Source: Clostridiales bacterium (GTDB lineage Bacteria > Bacillota > Clostridia > Saccharofermentanales > Saccharofermentanaceae). From it: 49,782 nt of DNA. Shown here piece after piece: positions 27,801-38,157 of this stretch; the stretch's first letter is position 1; each line of letters begins with the position of its first letter. A program made the position numbers and the translations under genes. The notes beneath the pieces are model-generated. The model had not been told where the DNA came from and made no database searches. It was given only the letters and a program-made list of their open reading frames with translations. The stretch covers positions 1 to 49,782 of the forward strand of contig JAFWDK010000031.1 of assembly GCA_017513085.1 (NCBI GenBank), given 5' to 3'.

Positions 27801-30800
27801 TCAGAGACCGTAGTTGGTTTTCTGTGCGTCGGACAACTGTGCGCCATAACAGAGCTCGGTGGCTTTCTGGATGAGTTCATCGAGCGTATAGTGATGGAAG
27901 TACCCTATAATACCATTAGTCTTGTTTATGTATGAGATTGCGTAGAAACTGTTGCTTGCTTCACAATAGCCCAGACAATTCGGAATGACTGCGATCTCGT
28001 ACCAACTCTTGATGTCGACGATGGAAAGAGTGGAATTTGTTCTGATATAGAGTTCAGTTCCGTCATCGGACAATATATAATCGAAGTTGGTGCCGAGACT
28101 ATCGATGGTAAGAGATGAAATACCTATGAAGTCTCCGTTGGAAGGATCGTACCGATACATGGTGTTATCGTCAAAGAGAGCGAGAAGAATATCCTTCTTA
28201 CCGTTATGGATAAACTTCACATCGATGCACTTTCTTCCGCCACAGGAGATCTCGATCGGATCTCCTTTCTTTCCCATAAGCATGATCATGCCTCCGTCTG
28301 TTACGGCAAGACAGTTATTTGCCGTGGAATAATCCGCGGAACTGGCAATAGTCCAGGATTCCGGGAAATCCGGTTCGAGTAACTTGTCCGCTTCCATGTC
28401 ATAGAAAAAGTCGCAATCAAACAAAGAGAGGATGGTCAGATCCCTATCCGGGAAAAACATGAACTTTTTTACGTTTGCAAGTGAGTAATGCGAAAGATCC
28501 GGAAGTTCGTAAGTCTCTGTCTTTCCGGTCGAAACATCGTAGATTTCCAAAGAATTGGTCTTATCTTCAACGTTGATATAAGCATACTTATCATCCACGA
28601 TCTTACTTGTCAGATTGGCATTGAAATACGCTTCCGTCAAATTGACTGAATCGACCAGTTCGCCTTCATCAGCATCATATGAAAGAAGCACGGTCCCGCA
28701 TTTTGCATTGACGGCAATTACATAGATCGTATCGTTTGAAATCCCTGCCAAGCTGAAGCTAATGGTTCCGCTTCCTTCCGGGAAAGTACTGTTCAGAGAA
28801 ACTGTCGCGATCCGTTCATGAGCCTTGGCATCGATGATCTGAAGTTCGCTGGTATTTCCGGCCTGTGCAGAGATCGTGGCCAGTATATCTCCGGAAATCA
28901 TACTTCTTGACGAGGAGCCGAGAATAGGATCCTCATCTATGGAAGTGAAATCATTGTCTCCTTCATAAAAATTGTAATAGATGATGTCACATGAATTACT
29001 GTCTGAAGAATAGAAGCCTTTGTCTTCTTTCATTTTCACAAGGGCAATAGAATCACTTAACGCAGGAATCACACTGAGCGCATCTTTCCCCTGTATATTC
29101 AGCGGGGAAACCAGACATCCTTTAGTTGTGATGAAGAGCGGATCTCCGTTTCCGTCCGGATCGCTTATGTCTATAATAGGATCTTCAGCATTGTAGGCAT
29201 GCCGGATCTCGCCGGTTGCCAGATCATAGATGGAACATGTATTTCCCAGGTAATAAGCGATTTCGTTATTGGCGGCAATAGGGAAGAATCTACCTTTACT
29301 GTACCCTCCTTTTACAGTAAAAGCACTTGTCCATAGCGTTTTGAGCCCTGTTGACTTGGCGTCAGTCGTGTCGATACAAAGAATATCCATATCCACTGAG
29401 TTAAGGACTGTTACGCCTTGAACAGTGGTATCGGTCAGGCTTTGATCAGTAGACATAGAGGAAACCAGGAAATGATCTGCGTCAGCCCAGGCAATGTCCA
29501 TCAATCTGGCGTCTTCCACCAGAACTATTGTGGTTTCAGAAGATTGAAGATCTATCGATCCATAGTATTTAGCAGAGAAGCCATCAGAAGCTAAGTATGC
29601 AATTTTCGTACCATCGGGAGATAGCACGCACGTATTCAATATCATAGTTGATCCATCTGTCAAAGGATTACTAAACTTAATTTTGTTGATCTCTTTTCCA
29701 CTCTCTGCATCGATCTCATAGATCGTGTTGTTGAAAGTAGCGACGAACACGGAGGAGTCGTAAAAACATAATTTAATCGAATCGTAGAACACTGACATAG
29801 ATGTGGAATAAGTCCAGTATTCGTCCCCGGATTCAGGATCGATAGCCAGAATTTGGTCAGTGCCTTCAATTATAAGAGTTTCCTCGTCATAGAAAGCGAT
29901 ATCCTGGATCCTCTTAGCGGTATGGTCGAGTGCGAGCACAAGTTGATATGTTTCTGTATCCCAAATGTAAATGTTTCCGACCACGTCATAGGCAACGAGA
30001 TAGGAACCTTCAGGTGAAATTACAAAATCGGAGACTCGGGACGGGAGGGAGTATGTGAATATCGGATTGATCGTGACACCATCATTTGCCGTATACGCCA
30101 AAGTTGCGTCGGTTAGAGCCCGGACGGCTTCAGCTGTGACCGGACGGTCGTTATCTTTGCTTGGCAAAGCAGCCATGGCAAGCAGCATGGCTTCTGTACG
30201 ATGTTTGCTTCGAAGGAGGATCTCCGATTCGTGTGCCAGATAGAGTGACTGGTTCTTCAGAGCCTGCTGATAGTTTTCACGGATCTTCATGCTGCTTCTG
30301 AACATATACGCACCGAATGCCAGCATGACGGCAAAAATGAGAGTGAAAGAGAGAAGAAGTCTTCTGATGCGGTAAGCACGCCGGCGGTTCATAAGTTCAT
30401 CGTAAGAACACCCGATGATCGGGGCAGCAAGTCTCGGCAACTCCTCTTTGTCTGCCTGTCGTCGCGGCAGACGGTAATCGCAGGATAATGGCTCCAGCGG
30501 GACACGGACAGTGTGGGATACACCATCTTTATCTACAAAGGTTTTTTCCTCGGACAAAAGCTCTTCCGGGATCACTTCGTAAGGATCACCCTCGGCCAGG
30601 ACGGTGAGGACATGATCACGTGAGTGGTGCTGCAGGAAATATTGGATCTCTCGTCTGACCCACTCGGATTCTTTGGTCGAGTGGGAGCAGATGACGATGA
30701 GAAAATCTGCATCTTCAAGTGCAGCAGAGATCGTCTCGGAAAGATTACTCGTGATCGGAAGTTCATCCTTATCGCGGAAAACTCTCTGGATGCGCTTCAC

Positions 30801-30926
30801 ACCGGTCTTTTTCCTGATCTTGTCAGGAATGGTGAAGTGCTCAAGTGAATGCTGGATATGCTCAGCGATCTTGGAATCAAGCGGCGCATGCCGATAAGAA
30901 ATAAAAGCATTATAGTGATCGATCAT
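27801..30926 (-). CDS. TIR-domain membrane protein with large C-terminal beta-propeller-like region
   Basis: 'YNAFISYRH', 'VFRD', 'FLIVICS', 'SEWVRREI'; TM helix after RRRAYRIRR; WD40/PQQ-like repeats; RBS GAGGA before ATG 30926. Confidence 0.85.
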   Translation of the reverse strand: MIDHYNAFISYRHAPLDSKIAEHIQHSLEHFTIPDKIRKKTGVKRIQRVFRDKDELPITSNLSETISAALEDADFLIVICSHSTKESEWVRREIQYFLQHHSRDHVLTVLAEGDPYEVIPEELLSEEKTFVDKDGVSHTVRVPLEPLSCDYRLPRRQADKEELPRLAAPIIGCSYDELMNRRRAYRIRRLLLSFTLIFAVMLAFGAYMFRSSMKIRENYQQALKNQSLYLAHESEILLRSKHRTEAMLLAMAALPSKDNDRPVTAEAVRALTDATLAYTANDGVTINPIFTYSLPSRVSDFVISPEGSYLVAYDVVGNIYIWDTETYQLVLALDHTAKRIQDIAFYDEETLIIEGTDQILAIDPESGDEYWTYSTSMSVFYDSIKLCFYDSSVFVATFNNTIYEIDAESGKEINKIKFSNPLTDGSTMILNTCVLSPDGTKIAYLASDGFSAKYYGSIDLQSSETTIVLVEDARLMDIAWADADHFLVSSMSTDQSLTDTTVQGVTVLNSVDMDILCIDTTDAKSTGLKTLWTSAFTVKGGYSKGRFFPIAANNEIAYYLGNTCSIYDLATGEIRHAYNAEDPIIDISDPDGNGDPLFITTKGCLVSPLNIQGKDALSVIPALSDSIALVKMKEDKGFYSSDSNSCDIIYYNFYEGDNDFTSIDEDPILGSSSRSMISGDILATISAQAGNTSELQIIDAKAHERIATVSLNSTFPEGSGTISFSLAGISNDTIYVIAVNAKCGTVLLSYDADEGELVDSVNLTEAYFNANLTSKIVDDKYAYINVEDKTNSLEIYDVSTGKTETYELPDLSHYSLANVKKFMFFPDRDLTILSLFDCDFFYDMEADKLLEPDFPESWTIASSADYSTANNCLAVTDGGMIMLMGKKGDPIEISCGGRKCIDVKFIHNGKKDILLALFDDNTMYRYDPSNGDFIGISSLTIDSLGTNFDYILSDDGTELYIRTNSTLSIVDIKSWYEIAVIPNCLGYCEASNSFYAISYINKTNGIIGYFHHYTLDELIQKATELCYGAQLSDAQKTNYGL

Positions 30927-31124
30927 ATTATCCTCTTTACTACTTGATGAAAGTCCCCGGATTAAGGCTTGAAACAGATCACGACCCCAAATGGATATCG
31001 GGAAATGCAAAAAGCCAATCATCAGTAATAAATACAGTATAAAGCAGGGAAAAGTGCTTTTCAAATCGGAATATACGGAAAAAGAGCTTTTAAATAGCCT
31101 GATCGCGCGTCATAACGCCGAATG

Positions 31125-31153
31125 AAAAGGACCGCCACGATTGCGGCGGTCCT
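31125..31153 (-). terminator. carB terminator
   Basis: AGGACCGCC/GGCGGTCCT stem plus TTTT on the minus strand. Confidence 0.65.
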
Positions 31154-31181
31154 CCTGGTTCGTATTATTTTCGTACAACGG

Positions 31182-34100
31182 TCAGATAATGTCGTTGTGG
31201 TGATCCTGCAAGGACTTGACCGGGAAGTTCGGGTTATTCTTGTATGCCTTAATACCCTCGGCACTTGCCTTGGCAGCTGCCATAGTTGTGATATACGGAA
31301 CTCTATGACGGATCGCTTCCTTACGGATGTAACTGTCGTTGTGCACGGAGGTCTTGCCGGCCGGCGTATTGATGATCAGCTGGATCTCGCCATTTGTGAT
31401 CTTGTCCGTGATGTTCGGGCGGCCTTCGTAGAGCTTGTTGACACGCTCCGCAGGAATGCCGGCAGCAACGATCATCTCGTAAGACTTGCCGGTTGCCAGG
31501 ATGTGGAAGCCGAGCTCATCAAATGCCTTCGCGATGTCGACCAGCTCGTCCTTGTCACGATCACATACGGAAAGCAGTACGTTACCTTCGGACGGAAGTT
31601 TGGTCTGTGTTGCTTCCTGAGCCTTGAAGTAAGCCTCACCGAAATCTTCGGAAATACCGAGGACCTCACCGGTGGAACGCATCTCCGGTCCAAGGACAGG
31701 GTCAACTTCCTGGAACATATTGAACGGGAAGACGGCTTCCTTAACACCATAGTGCTTAATGATGCGGTCTTTGAGCTCCGGTACCGGAGACGGCTTGCCG
31801 GTCAGCTCGGATGTCATGATCTCGGTCGCAACCTTGACCATGTTGATCGCGCATACCTTGGAAACGAGCGGTACGGTACGGGATGCACGCGGATTGGCCT
31901 CGAGTACATATACTACATCATCCTCGATGGCATACTGCATGTTCATGAGACCACGGACATTCATCTCGATTGCGATCTTCTTTGTGTAATCCTTGATGGT
32001 TGCGATCTGCTTCTCGGTCAGATTCTTGGAAGGCAGGATGCAGGCGGAGTCACCGGAGTGAACACCGGCCAGCTCGATGTGTTCCATAACTGCCGGAACG
32101 AAACAATGCTCACCATCAGAGATGGCGTCAGCTTCACACTCTGTAGCGTGATGCAGGAAACGGTCGATCAGGATCGGACGGTCAGGTGTTACACCAACCG
32201 CAGCATTCATGTACACGCGCATCATCTCGTCGTCATGTACGACTTCCATTCCACGTCCGCCGAGAACGTAGGAAGGACGAACCATGACCGGATAACCGAT
32301 CTTGTTCGCGATAGCCAGCGCATCATCCACAGTAACAGCCATACCGGCTTCCGGCATCGGGATGCCGAGACGATCCATCATGGCGCGGAAGTGATCTCTG
32401 TCCTCAGCCAGGTCGATGGTTTCCGGTGTAGTACCGAGAATATTGACGCCGTTCTTCTTCAGGTCAGCTGCCAGGTTCAGAGGAGTCTGGCCACCAAACT
32501 GGGCGATTACGCCGAGCGGCTTCTCCTTATCGTGGATAGACAGAACGTCTTCCAGTGTCAACGGCTCGAAGTAGAGCTTGTCAGATGTGTCGTAGTCTGT
32601 GGAAACCGTTTCCGGGTTGCAGTTGACGATGATGGACTCAAAGCCCATCTTCTTCAGTGCGAGCGCCGCATGTACGCAGCAGTAGTCGAACTCGATACCC
32701 TGACCGATACGGTTCGGGCCACCGCCGAGGATCATGATCTTCTTCTTGTCAGAAGACGGGCTCTTATCTTCGGAAAGGTGATAGGTGGAGTAGTAATATG
32801 CGGCATCCTGTGTTCCGCTTACGTGTACGCCTTCCCAAGCCTCACGGATGTTGTACTGGTAACGGGCGTTACGGATATCTTCTTCCGGAACCTCAAGGAG
32901 TTTGCTGAGGTAACGGTCGGAGAAACCATCGAGCTTCGCCTGGCGGAGGATCTCCTTGGAAGGAACAGAACCCTTGAGCTTAAGCAGGGATTCTTCTTCC
33001 TGAACCAGTTCCAGCATCTGCTCGAGGAACCAATGCTTGATCTTTGTCAGATTGAAAAGCTCTTCCACGGTTGCGCCTTTTCTCAAGGCTTCGTAGAGGA
33101 TGAACTGTCTGTCGGAAGTCGGGTAAGCCAACTTGTGCATCAGTTCTTCCTTGGAAAGATCGTGGTAATTCTTGGCAAAGCCCAAGCCGTAACGACCTGT
33201 CTCGAGGCTTCGGATCGCTTTCTGGAAAGCTTCTTTGTAAGTCTTACCGATGGACATGACCTCACCGACTGCACGCATCTGTGTGCCCAGTTTATCGGAG
33301 GCACCCTTGAATTTCTCGAAAGCCCAACGTGCGAACTTGATTACGACATAGTCTCCGTCCGGTACGTACTTGTCGAGTGTTCCGTATTTTCCGCAAGGGA
33401 TCTCATCAAGTGTCAGACCGCAGGCGAGCATAGCGGAAACGAGAGCGATCGGGAAGCCTGTAGCCTTGGAAGCGAGAGCCGAGGAACGGGATGTTCTCGG
33501 ATTGATCTCGATGACGACGATACGTCCGCTGACCGGATCGTGCGCGAACTGGCAGTTGCAACCGCCGATAACTTCGATTGCGCGAACGATCGAGTAGGAA
33601 TACTCCTGCAGTTTCTTCTGAACATCTTCCGAAATGGTCAGCATTGGTGCCGAGCAGAAGGAGTCACCGGTATGCACACCGATTGGGTCGATGTTCTCGA
33701 TAAAGCAAACGGTGATCACGTTATCCTTGGAGTCACGTACAACTTCAAGCTCAAGTTCTTCCCAGCCGGCGATACACTCTTCAACGAGGACCTGACCAAC
33801 GAGGCTGGCCTGAAGACCACGCTCACAGACGATTTTTAATTCGTCGACATTATAAACAAGGCCGCCACCGGCACCACCCATCGTGTAGGCAGGTCGGAGA
33901 ACGACCGGGTATTTCAATTCGTCAGCGATCTTGACCGCTTCGTCTACGGAATAGGCTACGCGGGATTTTGGCATCTCGATGCCGAGCTTGGTCATGGTGT
34001 TCTTGAATTCGATTCTGTCTTCACCACGCTCGATGGCATCGACCTGGACACCGATAACTTTTACACCGTATTTTTCGAGGACGCCAGCTTCGGAAAGCTC

Positions 34101-34400
34101 TGAACAAAGGTTTAATCCGGACTGTCCGCCAAGATTCGGAAGAAGCGCATCCGGTCTTTCCTTTTCGATGATCTGTGTCAATCTGGCCAGATTCAGTGGC
34201 TCGATGTAGGTGATATCCGCTACATCCGGGTCAGTCATGATCGTTGCAGGGTTGCTGTTTACCAGAACGATCTCATAACCGAGCTTCTTCAGTGCCTTGC
34301 AAGCTTGAGTACCGGAGTAGTCAAACTCACATGCCTGACCGATGATGATCGGACCGGAACCGATGATCAGGATCTTGTTGATGTCGTCTTTCTTTGGCAT
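31182..34400 (-). CDS. carB: Carbamoyl-phosphate synthase large subunit
   Basis: 'GSGPIIIGQACEFDYSG', 'GGGPNRIGQGIEFDY', two ATP-grasp domains, C-terminal MGS-like domain. Confidence 0.97.
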   Translation of the reverse strand: MPKKDDINKILIIGSGPIIIGQACEFDYSGTQACKALKKLGYEIVLVNSNPATIMTDPDVADITYIEPLNLARLTQIIEKERPDALLPNLGGQSGLNLCSELSEAGVLEKYGVKVIGVQVDAIERGEDRIEFKNTMTKLGIEMPKSRVAYSVDEAVKIADELKYPVVLRPAYTMGGAGGGLVYNVDELKIVCERGLQASLVGQVLVEECIAGWEELELEVVRDSKDNVITVCFIENIDPIGVHTGDSFCSAPMLTISEDVQKKLQEYSYSIVRAIEVIGGCNCQFAHDPVSGRIVVIEINPRTSRSSALASKATGFPIALVSAMLACGLTLDEIPCGKYGTLDKYVPDGDYVVIKFARWAFEKFKGASDKLGTQMRAVGEVMSIGKTYKEAFQKAIRSLETGRYGLGFAKNYHDLSKEELMHKLAYPTSDRQFILYEALRKGATVEELFNLTKIKHWFLEQMLELVQEEESLLKLKGSVPSKEILRQAKLDGFSDRYLSKLLEVPEEDIRNARYQYNIREAWEGVHVSGTQDAAYYYSTYHLSEDKSPSSDKKKIMILGGGPNRIGQGIEFDYCCVHAALALKKMGFESIIVNCNPETVSTDYDTSDKLYFEPLTLEDVLSIHDKEKPLGVIAQFGGQTPLNLAADLKKNGVNILGTTPETIDLAEDRDHFRAMMDRLGIPMPEAGMAVTVDDALAIANKIGYPVMVRPSYVLGGRGMEVVHDDEMMRVYMNAAVGVTPDRPILIDRFLHHATECEADAISDGEHCFVPAVMEHIELAGVHSGDSACILPSKNLTEKQIATIKDYTKKIAIEMNVRGLMNMQYAIEDDVVYVLEANPRASRTVPLVSKVCAINMVKVATEIMTSELTGKPSPVPELKDRIIKHYGVKEAVFPFNMFQEVDPVLGPEMRSTGEVLGISEDFGEAYFKAQEATQTKLPSEGNVLLSVCDRDKDELVDIAKAFDELGFHILATGKSYEMIVAAGIPAERVNKLYEGRPNITDKITNGEIQLIINTPAGKTSVHNDSYIRKEAIRHRVPYITTMAAAKASAEGIKAYKNNPNFPVKSLQDHHNDII

Positions 34401-34573
34401 GGTCTCTTCCTCGCTTTACTAATATTCTTTATATAACTCAAGGGCGTTTTTCGCTGGAAATATAATAACAGAAAAAATCCGATTGTGATACCCAAATATG
34501 AATATTGATTCTACATGCTTTTTATGAAAAAGCACAGGATTTGAAATTGCATCGAAAAATCTTAAAAACGGCG

Positions 34574-34602
34574 TTGACTTTTGACTTTTTGGCGTTCATA
34601 AT
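34574..34602 (+). promoter_or_regulatory. Sigma-A promoter of the mgtE leader
   Basis: TTGACT-N17-CATAAT. Confidence 0.65.
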
Positions 34603-34608
34603 TTCAAT

Positions 34609-34958
34609 AGGTATTCCCTGAAACGGGATGCCGTTTTTGTGTCGTGCCTGACGTAGAGCAGAAGCGGCGCAGACATCTCAAGTACAAGGAGGTGACGAAG
34701 TTGGATAGTTGTGATGGCAGTTATCGAAGGTGTGGCCGTTTTGAGAAAAATGATTCAGATGAGAATCACATACGAACGCCTCTTCGTCACATACAGGAAG
34801 ACTGACCGTGTCAGAGCGGTTCTCCTTGGACAATTGACCGGGTATTGACCGGAAAGAAGAGAATCCTTCGATTTTGATTTGAATCTTTTTTCACATAACG
34901 CTTCCCTTATTTGCCGGCGGCAGAATGCCGAAATTAAGCAAGAGGAGGCGGTTTTCAT
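34609..34958 (+). promoter_or_regulatory. Long structured 5' leader of mgtE, putative attenuator
   Basis: uORFs, complementary GTGACGAAG/CTTCGTCAC, anti-SD AACGCTTCCCTT able to pair with AAGAGGAGGCGGTT. Confidence 0.55.
34701..34805 (+). CDS. Putative leader peptide (34 aa, ends ...TPLRHIQED)
   Basis: Perfect SD AAGGAGGTGA 5 nt before a TTG start, within the mgtE leader. Confidence 0.4.
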   Translation: MDSCDGSYRRCGRFEKNDSDENHIRTPLRHIQED

Positions 34959-36353
34959 ATGGAAAACGAGAACAGAACAAGAAGTGTGATCGTCGAGATC
35001 GTCAAGCTCATCCGTGGAAACAAAACAGCGAAGGAGCTTCGCGAAGCGCTTGAGGATTACCATGACAGTGACATCGCGGACGCGATCGAGCTGATCACCA
35101 AAGAAGAACGACAGAAAGTATATCGTATACTCGGAGCAGAGAAGGTATCCGATATTTTCGCATACCTCGAAGATCCGGAAGAATTCATCGCAGAACTTGA
35201 TATTGAGAAAGCGGCCCGAATCATTGAAAACATGGACGCGGACGATGCTGTCGATGTCCTCGAAGAAGTCGATGAGGAGACGCAGAAGAAGATCATCTCC
35301 TTGATGGACGATGAGAGTTCCCGTGATATTCAGCTCATCCAGTCCTACGAGGAAGATGAGATCGGCAGCAAGATGACTACAAACTTTGTGAACATCAGTA
35401 ACAAACTGACGATCAAGCAGGCGATGAAAGAACTGATCCGCCAGGCGGATGATAATGACAATATTTCCACGATCTACGTGACAGACAGAGAGAACAAGTT
35501 TTACGGAGTGATCGATCTTAAGGACCTGATCAAAGCCCGTGCGGAAGTCCCACTCGAGGATCTGATCATCACATCTTACCCGTATGTTCTTGACCACGAA
35601 AAGATCGATGACTCAATCGAAAAGATCAAGGACTACGCCGAGGATTCCATCCCGGTCCTCAACGAAGCAGGAAATGTCTTAGGTGTTATCACATCACAGG
35701 ATATCATCGAGGTCGTAGACGATGAGCTCGGTGAAGACTACGCACGACTCGCCGGTTTGACCGCGGAGGAGGATCTGAAGGAAACATTGGGGCAGAGCAT
35801 GAAGAAACGCCTGCCGTGGCTGGTGACATTGCTTCTTCTGGGACTTGTCGTATCCACTGTGGTGGGTCTTTTTGAAGCGGTCGTAGCGGAACTGGCTATA
35901 GTGGTCTGCTTTCAGAGCCTGATCCTGGATATGGCAGGAAATGTCGGCACACAGTCCCTGGCTGTAACGATCCGCGTTCTGATGGATGAACAACTGAAGA
36001 CGAGTGAGAAAGTGAAATTCGTATTCAAGGAAATGCGTGTCGGATTCTTTAACGGGCTGCTTCTGGGTTCGCTTGCGTTCCTGGGCATCGGCCTTTATGT
36101 GATGCTTTTCAAGCACTATCCGACCGGCTTTTCTTTCGCGGTTGCGGCATGCGTGGGCGGTTCGCTGTGGCTTGCCATGATCGTTTCGAGCATGGTCGGA
36201 ACCTTGGTCCCGATGTTTTTCCATAAGATCAAGGTGGACCCTGCCGTTGCTTCCGGACCTCTGATCACGACGGTCAACGACCTGGTTGCGGTCGTCACTT
36301 ACTATGGCTGTGCTTGGCTCTTCCTGATCAATCTCTTCCATGCGGTGAAGTGA
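34959..36353 (+). CDS. mgtE: Magnesium transporter MgtE
   Basis: MgtE N-domain, CBS pair, 'RLPWL', 'MAGNVGTQ', 'DPAVASGPLITTVND'. Confidence 0.95.
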   Translation: MENENRTRSVIVEIVKLIRGNKTAKELREALEDYHDSDIADAIELITKEERQKVYRILGAEKVSDIFAYLEDPEEFIAELDIEKAARIIENMDADDAVDVLEEVDEETQKKIISLMDDESSRDIQLIQSYEEDEIGSKMTTNFVNISNKLTIKQAMKELIRQADDNDNISTIYVTDRENKFYGVIDLKDLIKARAEVPLEDLIITSYPYVLDHEKIDDSIEKIKDYAEDSIPVLNEAGNVLGVITSQDIIEVVDDELGEDYARLAGLTAEEDLKETLGQSMKKRLPWLVTLLLLGLVVSTVVGLFEAVVAELAIVVCFQSLILDMAGNVGTQSLAVTIRVLMDEQLKTSEKVKFVFKEMRVGFFNGLLLGSLAFLGIGLYVMLFKHYPTGFSFAVAACVGGSLWLAMIVSSMVGTLVPMFFHKIKVDPAVASGPLITTVNDLVAVVTYYGCAWLFLINLFHAVK

Positions 36354-36440
36354 ACATCCGGAGAACTTTTGTGTTACTATTTTATGTAGGTTGGGTGAAG
36401 GGAGAAATAGTAAAAGCCCACATATAGGAGACATTTTGCT

Positions 36441-38093
36441 ATGAAATCATTTCGTAAAACAGGGACTGCTTGCCTGCTTGCGGCTATGACGGCAGCTACT
36501 CTGTTCAGTAGCGCCTGCAAAAGAATGGATACAGATATCACGACTATGTTATCTTCTTCGGAGACAACTCTGGCTTCGTTTTCTGAAACCAAGACATCTT
36601 CGGAGGACAAAGGATCGAGTGAAAGTGAAACATCCGTATCGGTGGAGACGGAAACCTCTGCTTCTGAGCAACAGGTAGAAGTACCTGATCCGGTCTTTTC
36701 GCGTCTTCGTGAGGAACAGATCACGGATATTGAGCAATCTGACGACTATGGCGAGATCTATATTTTCGGAGAAGGAAAATACGGCTTTTTCGACAGTAAC
36801 GGACGTATTATCTGTGATCCGGTATTTACTTCTGTTGTGACACTATCCAATGGAGACTATGTGGTTATCGGCGCAGAAGGGAAAGCAGGATTCGTTTCTC
36901 ATGACGGATCTATCTATACCGGACTGAAGTATGATGATTACTGCATCGATCGTGTAAGTGGAGAACTGCTTTTCCTAAAGAAAACGGAAACAGGATTCCT
37001 CAGTTATACGTTTAACACAGAAACGGGAAAACAGGATGTTGAAAGAGGTATTGAAGTAGACTATGAAGAATTAGGCATAGATGCATCCGCTGATATTCGA
37101 CTCGTCAGTTCCTGGCGTGATTTTGCGGAACTCTATCTTGCTGCATCGAACAGATATATACTGATCGATGGTCTTACCGGAAAAGAGATCCCGGCTCCAT
37201 CAGAAAAATCGGAATGGGAAGGCCGCTTCTTCCTTGAGAAAAGGGATGAGGAAAGCTTCCGTTTTTTCGACGTGCAGGGGCAGGAATTATTCGAAGAGAT
37301 GCAATACAGTTCGATGGAGTCGAATGATAACGCCTATCTTTTGACAGGGAAAAACGAAATTGATCTCTTTGACCGGGATCTTAAGAAACTGGCTTCGCTT
37401 GAAATTGGAGACAGAAAAGTTGAAGATGTCTATTTTATCAAAGACTGCATTTTCCTGTTCTTCGAGGACACGATCGAGCTTTATGATATGGAACTTTCAA
37501 AGTTGAATTCCCTGACGAAGGAAAAAGATGGTTACTATTTCCCGGCAACATATATTTCCACGCAGAACGATGTTGAACCCGGCACGAAAGCAGAGCCTGT
37601 CCTGGAGTGGCACAATGGTGGAAATACGAAGCTGATCAATATGAAGAACGGAAATACTTTGGATTTTTCCGGTGACTGCCATACCTCTTGCGTAGAGGAC
37701 CGGCTGGTGGTGGAAGAAGCAGGTAAGAAGTGGAAAATCATGAGAGCTTCGGATTTTGAGGTGATGGCAGAGGGGACCGGTGATGTGCGCACTTATGCGG
37801 ACCGAATGAATGGTCAGCTCTATCTGGAATCATTTAATGCCGAAAAAAGAGAAGCGGATAATGGAGAAATACTCGTGTTCAGCAGAGTTATCGACCTTTA
37901 TTCCATGACGGACGGAAGTTCTGTGTTGCAGCAGTTTACAGAACCGGGAGGTGACAATGTTCAGCTTCTGGATATCCGCAATGGCTGTTTACTTTTCCGT
38001 ATAAAATGCGGAAATCAGTCAGGAGATGTATTCACGGATACTCAGGGTAATGTAGCCTTCCGAAATTACGGATCTGACTTGTCCGATGATTAA
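36441..38093 (+). CDS. Surface lipoprotein, WG-repeat-like paralog family (member E)
   Basis: Cys after hydrophobic signal, Ser/Thr linker, 'DYGEIY..YGFFDSNGRIICDP..DGSIYTGLKYDDY'. Confidence 0.8.
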   Translation: MKSFRKTGTACLLAAMTAATLFSSACKRMDTDITTMLSSSETTLASFSETKTSSEDKGSSESETSVSVETETSASEQQVEVPDPVFSRLREEQITDIEQSDDYGEIYIFGEGKYGFFDSNGRIICDPVFTSVVTLSNGDYVVIGAEGKAGFVSHDGSIYTGLKYDDYCIDRVSGELLFLKKTETGFLSYTFNTETGKQDVERGIEVDYEELGIDASADIRLVSSWRDFAELYLAASNRYILIDGLTGKEIPAPSEKSEWEGRFFLEKRDEESFRFFDVQGQELFEEMQYSSMESNDNAYLLTGKNEIDLFDRDLKKLASLEIGDRKVEDVYFIKDCIFLFFEDTIELYDMELSKLNSLTKEKDGYYFPATYISTQNDVEPGTKAEPVLEWHNGGNTKLINMKNGNTLDFSGDCHTSCVEDRLVVEEAGKKWKIMRASDFEVMAEGTGDVRTYADRMNGQLYLESFNAEKREADNGEILVFSRVIDLYSMTDGSSVLQQFTEPGGDNVQLLDIRNGCLLFRIKCGNQSGDVFTDTQGNVAFRNYGSDLSDD

Positions 38094-38095
38094 AC

Positions 38096-38134
38096 AAAAA
38101 GCGGCCGGAATGGCATTGCTTCCATTCCGGTCGC
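38096..38134. terminator. Terminator between convergent genes
   Basis: AAAAA-GCGGCCGGAATGG...CCATTCCGGTCGC. Confidence 0.75.
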
Positions 38135-38157
38135 TGATTATTTATCAGTTCATCTGA

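Noticed and set aside
31122-33839. 905-aa ORF antisense to carB (also 2707-3642, 18048-19298, 19404-20558, 39935-41005, 40935-42038)
   Set aside because: Shadow ORFs opposite well-supported, codon-biased genes; no motifs and unnatural composition.
34609-34958. M-box or lysine riboswitch call for the mgtE leader
   Set aside because: Hallmark conserved segments not found by eye; left as an unclassified leader pending cmscan.
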